Part shown: positions 54,401 to 64,000 of the stretch, one piece after another
Position numbering within the stretch: the first letter of the stretch is position 1
Layout of the letters: each line of letters begins with the position of its first letter
NCBI RefSeq assembly: GCF_000181795.1
Contig: NW_003526940.1
Location: forward strand, 3,012,497 to 3,076,496
Length of the DNA stretch: 64,000 nt
Direction: 5' to 3'
Source of the DNA: Trichinella spiralis
Taxonomy: Eukaryota
The notes under the pieces: model-generated
Database searches by the model: none
Told to the model about the DNA's origin: nothing
The model's input: the letters and a program-made list of their open reading frames with translations, nothing else
Position numbers and translations under genes: made by a program

Positions 54401-57400
54401 ATATGTGGAATTGGATTTCATTTCTCCGCTGCCGTTGTACTCGCTGCTGCGATTCAACTTGAACCTGTTCAACGTGAAAAATAACAGCAACGACAACAGT
54501 ACACTGTTGATGGCCGACGGCACCACTACCCATGCTAGAAATGATTACGACAGTCTACTCGACGATGGTCTTTTGAAATACAAAATCGAATCCGATCCGC
54601 TCGACGATCCAAATCCAATCGACCACAACACTACTGACCAAGAAGAAGAAGTTGCATCCGGTGTGGAAAATTCCAACACTTTTGGCAGCAAAGAGGCGGC
54701 ATTATTATCCAGCATGTTAACTCACATACATTTGCCAGGTGCGCATATTTGTGTGTGTGTTGTTTACTAGTGAAAAATATTGATATGTTTTACTGTTCAG
54801 GTTTATCGAGCTTGGATCAGCTGTATCTGCTTGCCATTGCGGATACGATAAGTTCGATCAAGCCTGGTTCTTTTGAGCAGTTGAATTTTACCACGAGTAT
54901 GAGTTGTTTCTTTTCTTTTTTTTTTATTTGTTTTAATAACAGTCATGGATTTTTTAATTATGAAGATTATTTGTAAGTTTTTGAGGATAAAATTGTTTGA
55001 AATTTAGAATTCTTCAATTCAACTTTTAATCCCAGGACAGTTCTGGTGAATCAGACCAGTACCACTGGTTTGTCGGCAGGTAATAGAATAGTATTAATTT
55101 TTAATACTTATTTTTTTAAAAAAAACTGACAAAGTACGATGATTAATTTTTCAGAAGCGGTGGATGAGTGCGGTTTGCGTTATTTGATGTCAGTCAGGCA
55201 CTTTGAATATTTGCTGCGTTGCTTGCCGTTGCCACAACGTGCTGCGTTGCGTGCAAATGGTGACAATCATTTCCGCTAATTTGTATGGCTATTTATTTGT
55301 TTATTCCAATTTTAAATAGGGCTTCCATCGGCAAATTTAATTTGGGCTTTGCATTCGGAAAGTGAAAATGAATTGTTCAATTCGTTGTCTTGCGTCCAAA
55401 GGAACGAAGCCAACTGGTCCGACTTGCGTTCATTGGGTGTCGGTTGGTGGTTGAAAAGTTTACAATCGTTGCGACTTTGTTTCGAAAAAGTAATTTCGCC
55501 TATTTCATCAATTTATTTTCTATTTAAATATTTCTCTTTTCATTAGATTGCTAAAGCTGCATTCCAAGCGAAAAATGATCCAATGGACGCTGCGTTGTTC
55601 TATTTGGCGATGAAGAAGAAAAATGTGCTTATGCATTTGTTCAAGTGATTTATTATATATATATATATTTTTTTTTGCTCATAGCATTTTAATTCTTTGT
55701 TTGTTTATTTGTTTGTTTGTTTGTAGAACTGTGCGGGATGTGAAGATGACGGAATTTTTGTCACACGATTTCACCGATGCCAAATGGAAAAAGGCGGCCT
55801 TGAAGAACGCTTTTGTGCTGATGAGCAAGCAACGTTTCGAACACGCTGTTGGTTGGTTTTTGCTCGGTGATTCGTTGAACGATGCAGTGAAGGTTTGTAA
55901 AATTATGATGGTTTTAATTATAAGTTTTTTTTTCTTAAATCCAACTGTTATTATTGTTGAAGGTCTGTTTGGCAAATATGAACGATTTGCAGCTGGCATT
56001 GGTGATCATCCGTTTGTACGAGGGTGATTCGGATCTTGCTCGACGATTGATTCGCAAAGTGCTCTGTGAACAAGTGTTGCAGTGCGAGGAGGAGCTATTT
56101 GAGAAGACAAACGACCAGAGCCGAAGTATGGATTCGGTGTTGTCGTCGGTCGACAGCGGTGGATCGGATCCATTCCAACGATCGATTGCTTTGTGGTTGA
56201 TGGGTGAGCCGGCTTTGGCCGCATCGACGTTACTGTCCAGCTCTGCGGAACCATGCTTGCGTGGAGATCCTCTGGCTGCTGACTACAGTTCGTCGGATGT
56301 GTTCAATTTTTACGTCTACATTCGTGCGCATCCTTTGGTACTACGACGGCGGTTGGCTGATCAAGGAATCTACTTTGATCATGCTGCAAAATTTCAGCGG
56401 GCGGCTCGTCGTATGGTCAGTCGGGTGTCAACCAGCGAACGAATGTTGTTTTTCAAAACCGCCTTTGTTCATTTGCAAGGCGGTTGTCCGCTGTTAGCTT
56501 TGGAAGTGCTGTGCAAATTGCCTGACTGTGATCAGATCGATGATGATAACGACGGCATTACTGTTGAAGTGAAACAACAAAACAACAACAGCGATGATCA
56601 TACCAATGCTACTGTTACTGCTACTACTACTACTAATAATAATAATAATAATGGGGGGAATGAAAATCATAGTTTGGATCAAGTGTGGCAATTTGGTGAT
56701 CAAGCGGATTATTTGCTCAACAGACGGGATGATGTCGATGAGTTGAAATTCGACTGGAATGATGAAAATAATTCAAACGTGGCAGAAGAGGAGGAGGAGG
56801 AAGAGGAGCAGCAACAGCAGCAGCAGCAGGTTTTGGAAACGAAACAAACGTCGTCCAGTGGTGAACCAGCGATGGACATGTTTGCCCAGACGTTGAAATT
56901 TATTGCCTGCATGAAAATGCTGACCGAAGAGTTGGCAAATTTGATCAGCGGTTTCGAATTGGATATTGGCCAGATGCGCGATCAGTTGTACAAATGGTTG
57001 GAAAATGAAGTGGACGTGCTGAAATTGGTCTGCGATTACAGGGTCAACGTGAATCGGTGCGGTTCACCTCCGCTACCGGTAGTTGAAGTTACCTACGGCC
57101 AAGGTTCGCCGACGCAATTGCACGAAGCGATTCACCACGACCGAGCCGAACTGGCCGAACGATGGCAGCGTACCATCAAACGTCACCGGTGGTTGGTTGC
57201 TCATCAACAAGTGCTCAGAACACTTGCCTACTTTTGTTCACTGCATTGTTCAAGGGTGGGTGAATTGGAAAAGAAAAGAAACACAAAATTCCAAATTTAT
57301 CATTTGTCATTTTTATATTATAGTCGCCTGGCTTGGCCGCATCCCGCATGGAATTGTTGCTGCTGATACAGGAGTTGACACAAAATTTGTCCAGATCCAA

Positions 57401-60400
57401 GCTGACGGTTCGTATGCCACTGTTTGCCAGCTTTCCGTTGATGTCAGCAGCACTTGGTTCGATTAAAAGTGCAGTTGCGTTGCCATTGCGTTACATTCTA
57501 TCACAGACTTCGGACATTCTGATTACATTGTCAGAATTGCAGAATCCACCTACATTCCAACAACCTGTTCAAGAGGTAGGTGATCGATTGATTGCAATTA
57601 TTTATGATCAAAATTTTGTTTTTTTTATTTTTTTCACATCAAAAATTTTCCATTTAGATCCACCTTTTGTACAATTTATGTCAGTGCTTGTCGTCTAGTG
57701 TATTCTGTTCGCTGTGTGATTTGGGTGAAATTATCAATTCGAAAGATGAATTTCTGACGTAAGTATATAGTTAGTCTGTTAGTCAATTCTATACATTTAT
57801 TGTTTGGTAATGATATTTTCATTTCAGTGAAAGTAACAGTTACCTCCAGCGGAATATATTTCGACGAAATTCTGCATATCAGCAAAATCCGATCCAAGTT
57901 ACATCCAAACCTTCTCAGTGGCCTGGTATGGTATTGAAAGCGAATGAAAATTTTCAGCTATTGTTGTATTTTGATTTCATTTGAAGGCATAGATTTGTCT
58001 TCCAGTTTTTTGACCACTGATCGTGACGAGGACGTGCCAAATTTGCTAATTTTGCTCGTGGAGACGTGGACATCGATTTACTTGTCACTGTTTGCGTACT
58101 GTATGTACGCGTATGATTCGCGTTGGCTTTACCGACTTATGGCGCATCCGGTCAACGAGAGTCTTTTTGCGACCGTTTTTGGCGGAAGCGGTGAACGTCA
58201 GTTGTTGGTCGACACTTTAAATTCCACTGTGCAAAATAAAGGCTCTTGCTCTTCAGGTATACAAGTGCACGCAGCTATTATGCACGTAAAATTGAGCAGC
58301 AGTTGTAAAGAATTTACGTTATTTTGAATTAAATTAGTCTTTTCAGGTTCATCAGATGGTTCTTATTCGAAAAATGACACCGAAGGAACAATGGAACAAC
58401 TTGATTCAGCAAAGTTGCGCGCAAAATTTCACTACAAAGTTTTCGGCAAATCCGCTAGCAATCCAAGTCAGGCGACGACTGGTCACCGGTTGGTGTCGTC
58501 GAGGTTGGAATGGGTACAGCCGAAAAAGAGCATCATCGCTTATTACACGTCAAAAGTGATTTTTGAATTTTTTGATTTGAATTTTCAAAAAAAAAAGATG
58601 AAGAAATGTGTGTTGTTTTTTTTTTAATTCTCTCAGCCACCGTTGTTGATGGAAGAAGAGGAACAATTTGGCTACGATTCAGATGACAGTGAACAAAATT
58701 CAGAAAGTGAATCCGAAAACGAAGACGCGGATGAATCGACTTACGAATCTCGAGCTGAAGAAGAATCCAAAGAGCATTCGAATCCGAACAGCTATTCGTG
58801 GCAAATAATTCGTCTCGCTTTGGTCCGACAAGCTACCCATCGGGTGAGGCAATTTCTCGCCGTCGCTGGTATCGATTGTTCAGGTAAGCAAGCGAGCAGC
58901 AGCAGCAGTTATTTTTTTTTATTTTTTTGTTTTTTATTATTTGAAATTAAATTAGAACTTGGAAGCACTAGTCCATTGGTATACAGTTGTTTGAAAATGC
59001 TCAATTGTTGGACGAACATATTGACCAATCAGTTGAACAATTTCCCTGGTGGATGTCCGGATCATTTTTTACCATCGTCAGATTTGCACGACCTCACTGG
59101 CGGTCCGGCGCTTCATAAATATCGTACAATTTTGGAACCACAGAACACCCCATTTCGAGGTAATTCACGATCTGTACTTCCCGTGCGCAGACTCTGGCTT
59201 TACCTGGTTCGTCAAGAACATCTTATGGACGTTTTTATTCGATACATTTTCACACCAAAAAAGTCGACAAGTGTAATTTCAGTTTTCTTTATTTTTTTAT
59301 TCTATTGAAAATTAATAATAAATTTATCAATTTTTCTTTAAGGTAGATGAATCGAATGGTGTAAGTCCAGATGTGAATATTTTGCCCGAAGCGTTCAAAG
59401 TGGTACAACGTGAGCACGATCCAATCAATGCGTTTGTCATCCATCCGGTAAAGTATCATTTTGGATATTTTATCTTGTACTTTTTTTACTTTTGCACGGA
59501 TAAATAAATAAATAAATAAATAAATAAATGTTTTTTAAAGAATCGTTTCGGTTTGGTTGCTGTAAGTTCAGGTCGTGAACTGCAAGAAATGGACGTTTCA
59601 GCATTGTTTTCACCAACGATCGATTGGATCCAAGAGCAAACCGATTTGGACTTAGTCATGGCTGGCATGAAAAAGTAAATTAATCTTTGGATAATTAAGA
59701 TATGCAAGAAATATTTGTATTTTGAAAGAAAATGTTTTAAAGAAATCCACTGATTGACAACGACGATTATTTGCTAATCACTCCACAAGAACGACGCGAT
59801 GGCACTTTAGTAACTGGTCGAGGAACAACTTATGTAAGCACGGCTTTTTTTATTGGTTGGAAATTTGTTGTTTTTCTTTTTTTTTGTTTTCATATGAAGT
59901 AAACAAAAATACTTTTTTTTCGATAATGCAGATTCTTGATTTTCTTTTCCTCGTTTGTGATATTTCTGAAATTTTTTTAATCATTGCACAGCATTATTTA
60001 AATCCATTTTTGAGGTAAAATAGCAAATGAGGAAAAAAAAGTTCAGATTTTTTAAATTGATTCTTATTGTGTTTTGTTTTATATGCATTTAAGTTTCTTG
60101 AAAAGCAGCATTAAATGAAACATGAATGATGAAATATATATAATAGATCGAATGATGATAATATAAACGAGGGTGAATGAGATTAATTTCAATTTGAATG
60201 AAAAATACAGGCATGTTAGAGGGAAGTGGCTTTAATTTTGAAAATTATTTGTATTAGTTGACGCCTTTCATTGTGGATCGCAGTCGATATGCTTTGAGGA
60301 AGGTAATTTTAAGTGTTCCATGTCGTAATTTGTTGTACTGTTTGCATGACAGGCAATCGCCAACGAATCTGTAGCTAGATTGGAACGTTATTTCGGCGAA

Positions 60401-61954
60401 TCTTTGCCACCCGTCGTGTTGTTGCCGTCTGTAAGCGAAAAATGCCAAATATTCATTTTGCTCAATCATTTCCACAATATGCTTTTTTCCCTCAAAAATA
60501 AGAAACCATTTATCTGTATATCTATATATATATATGTATCCTTAGTTCTTTCTTTGTTTTTTTTTCCTCATCTATTTTTTGTGGTTGTTGGCATGCTGTT
60601 CGTTTTCCCTGCTTTGTTTGTTTATCGTTGAGCTCGATCGATGTATTTTTGATGCACTTTGTTGACACTTTGTTTTCAGCTTTGCAAACGTCATGTTCCT
60701 GGAGTACGACGACTTGAAGCACACCCGACACTTCCATTCTGTACGTAGTATTTATTATGCATAATAGATAAGATTGATGATTTTACTTTCATGCAAATTT
60801 CTTTTTTCTCTTCTTGAACTATTGAAATTTGTTCGTTTCCAGATTTGTCTGGAGCGAATGACGGTTCGGTGCGTTTGTGGGAATGGGGCGTCGGTCAGCC
60901 GTTGTACACTCCTCGTGTTGGTGGAAGGTTCGGCAAAGTGACACAGACGCGATTCTGCGCTCAGGGTAACAAAGTACGTATTGGCAAAATTTTGTCAACT
61001 TTTTCAATGTAAATTTGTTAATTTGATCGAATAATAATCATCTCTTTTTTACGTTCTTAGTTTGGTATAAGTGACAGTGACGGTTTCATGTGCTTGTGGC
61101 AGATTGACAACAACTTGACTTTGAGGAAACCATTCATCGTAAGCAAAATGATTGCTTTTGCATCTTTTCTTGTACAATCTTGTGTTGTTGTTATCTTTTC
61201 TTTTTTTCAGAATATGAAATGTCATTCGAAAATATGCAACGATTTTGTCTTCTTGGGTCAGTCGAGCAGTTTGCTAGCGACCGCCGGACAAGGGTCAGTT
61301 GACGCAGCGATTTCCCTGTGGGATACTCTTCTACCGCCAAATCGTTACAACGTCCACAGTATGGCTGGCTAACAGACCAGCACTTGCGTGATATTTGCTT
61401 TGCATTTTTTTTCTGAATTTCATTTTTCCATACCAGCTTGGAATTGTCACACGGATGTGACGAATTGCCTTCTGCACGTGCCAAATCAACAAACACTACT
61501 CTGCGGCGGCAAGCACGGCGATTTGCACGTTTGGGATGTTCGTCAACGTCAGCTGCGGTTGACGGTGAAACTTTTCGACTCTTCCGGCGTACGGTCTTTG
61601 GCCATGGATCCAACGTTCACATTTTTTGCCGCCGGATCAACCGATGGTGATATTAAGGTAAATTTTGAAGCCGTTTGTCTGTTTTTTCCACTTATTTGCA
61701 TATAATGAATGAATGAATGAATGAATGATATATGTTGCTTTATATTTTAGGTGTACAATTTGAATCCGAATCCACAGTTGGTATTTCATTTTCCGCACGA
61801 GCACAGCAACCGTAGTACGTTCAGCTTGAGGCAGGTTGGCAGTGCGAATCAAATACACGGCGTGCAGATGATGTACATTGACCAACAGCAACGTCTCTAT
61901 TCGTGCGGTGCCGATTGCTCATTCAAATTGCGCGTACTGCCGCCCATTTTTTGA
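48496..61954 (+). CDS. rbc-1: DmX-like protein / Rabconnectin-3 alpha (Rav1 homologue, V-ATPase assembly), multi-exon
   Basis: N-terminus MSVHQIITGALNKGESVFSVG, then WD40 exons (LQHPKPVVGFEW, HHNGTLNLW, SELILW), LPQYHPRQLIELM, HLPGLSSLDQLYLLAIAD, Rav1-C (AALKNAFVLMSKQRFEHA..FLLG), DRDEDVPNL, and a C-terminal WD40 cluster ending LYSCGADCSFKLRVLPPIF*. Confidence 0.96.
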
Positions 61955-62276
61955 CAAATTTTTGTTATTATTAATTATCATTATCTCATATACGCACACA
62001 CACGCATGCTGAATTCATGTATGTATCTCTGTATGTGTGTGTGTGTGTGTATATATATATATGAATATTGGGAAAAAGAAAATTCAATCAGTGGGGTGGA
62101 TCCAATCAATAATTCGTATAAAAATTGTTTCATATTTCTTCCTGTGTATAGTAAGTATATGTGTGTGGTTCGTTCGTTCATTTTTCTACTGTGATGATGA
62201 TGAATTGAAAAAGAGATGATAATCTACAGTCGTACATCTTCTCTTTCCACCTCTAACAACAAGCAATCATGTATAA

Positions 62277-62279
<3 letters not shown>

Positions 62280-62319
<40 letters not shown>
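62280..62319. repeat. (TA)n microsatellite between the convergent DmX and TMF1 3' ends
   Basis: About 20 TA units read directly; (GATA)n at ~62385-62406 and (GT)n at ~62034-62050 are nearby. Confidence 0.95.
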
Positions 62320-62323
<4 letters not shown>

Positions 62324-62619
62324 TATACGCATGTGTATAATATTTAACAACAACTAACTAACTAATCACGCAACTGTGCTCTGCATAGATAGATAGATAG
62401 ATAGATGTGTTGATGATTTATTTGCTGGTTTTTCTATTATTGCATTTTTTTCCCTCAGTCTCTGTGATCCAGTCTGTTGTCATGCTTGTTCCGTGTGTAT
62501 ACATACTTTTTTTTATTGTTCAGTCTAAAAACCAATATACTTTCGTTTTTTTTCTGATTTAATTGTTTCCTTTCATTTTCAAGCATCACAAAAAAATAAT
62601 AATAATAACGCAAATAATA

Positions 62620-64000
62620 TTATGGTAAAGATGGCGATGCATCACCGGAAATTGCAGAACTGTTGTCGTTGCTGTTGAGCAATTTTTCTAACTGAAATGT
62701 AATCAATCAATTAATCAATCGATCGATCGATCGATTATTAAAAAAACGCAAACCTGTAAACGAAACATCCGTTTCACCTCTTGCAATTCTTGCAGTAAGC
62801 TTTCATTTTCTTCCACTTTTTCACCGTACATTTGCAACAATGCCTGATGCTTTTCGTTCAAATCCTAACATGCAAAAAATTGCAATCATCATCACCAAGA
62901 ATAGAATAGAAGAAATATATATATATGTAGAAACAAACAAACCTGATGTAGAACGTTCAGCTCACTGTTAGCATTCAAGTTCGCTTGCAATTCGTTGCAA
63001 CTGTTCGTCAATCGGATCACTTCAGCTGCTAAACGTTCACGACCAACTTGAAGTTGTCTCAGTTCGTTCTAAAATTTTGAAACAAAAATATGGAAATTTT
63101 ATTTTCACTTATACAAACAACAAGCGAAATTTCTGTTCATTTCAATGAGAAACAAAAATAATTGAAAATTATCATCATACTTTGACCAAGGCAAGTTCAT
63201 TTTCTTTCAACTGCAATTTATCACACAATTTTTCTGAAAACGAGACCTGCTCGGATATGGAAAAACTAGCTCTATTTTCCTTAAAAATGAATAAATATTA
63301 ACTCATTATTATTATTATTATTATTGTTTTTCAATACATTGGTCGTAAAATTTTCATTTTGTTGAACAGGAATAATACCGTACTCTTCTTCTTCTCGTTG
63401 GGAAGTACAAAGTGCCGAGGAACGTTTTAATTCAGCTAATTCAAATTCTAAATTTTCATTCTTCAACTTCTGAAAAATAAATAATCAATGAACCTCTAAA
63501 GAAATAATTATTTAATTATAAAAAATAATAATAAATTGCGACTTACGCTCTCTGCCAATTGATCTTCCAATTGTTGAACTGTTTTACGATATTCCGCTTC
63601 CAAATGTTCGCATTTTTCCTAAATAATTAACAAGCTTACTGAAAACTTGAAGCATGCTTAAAAAAAATTATTTCTTTTCATTTTTATTTTACGTTGAACA
63701 TTTTCTCCACGTCAATAGCTTCAACCGGTAGTGAATGTCGTTTTTCTCGCATCAGCATCTCGTCAAACCTGTCAATTAATAATATATTTAAAAAAATACA
63801 TATACATATGCACAACAAATAAACAAACAAACAAACAAACAAACAAACAAGTACAAACGAATCACTTTTCTTGATTTTGAGAAAACGTTGAAAGTTGCTG
63901 CTTTGCAATTTGCAAATCAGTTCGAAGATGATCCCTTTCTTCAAAAGTTGCTTGTAATTCATCTTCAACACGCTTCAGTTGACTTTTCGTTGCAGAAACG
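62620..64000 (-). CDS. TMF1: TATA element modulatory factor (TMF1 golgin), 3' part; gene continues beyond the window
   Basis: Coiled-coil exons, then ELRQLQVGRERLAAEVIRLT and DLNEKHQALLQMYGEKVEENESLLQELQEVKRMFRLQLEKLL (TMF C-terminal motif LQMYGEK). Stop at 62620-62622. Confidence 0.9.

Noticed and set aside
53745..54533. Long antisense and alternative-frame ORFs over the DmX exon
   Set aside because: Shadow ORFs of a GC-rich coding exon.

Overview
AT-rich, intron-rich eukaryotic DNA, most likely a Trichinella-type (clade I) nematode. This is inferred from the plancitoxin/DNase II-like genes, short AT-rich introns and abundant microsatellites. Exon structures were assembled by hand. From left to right: the 3' end of a hAT (Buster/Charlie-type) transposon; a decayed and an intact DNase II-like gene in tandem; an orphan secreted Cys-rich protein; WIPI2/Atg18; unkempt; Tim13; UBALD/FAM100; a ~2 kb degenerate 83-bp satellite array; a 5'-truncated mesh (AMOP-VWD-Sushi-TM) gene spanning an N gap; an atypical chymotrypsin-fold protease; a decayed piggyBac element with palindromic ends; a complete DmX/Rabconnectin-3alpha gene; and the 3' end of TMF1. 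There are no prokaryotic systems or CRISPR arrays. I cannot support a claim of a new multi-gene system. The best leads are the structured 83-bp array, the DNase II lacking both catalytic His residues, the orphan secreted protein, and the rearranged 34.7-44.5 kb block.
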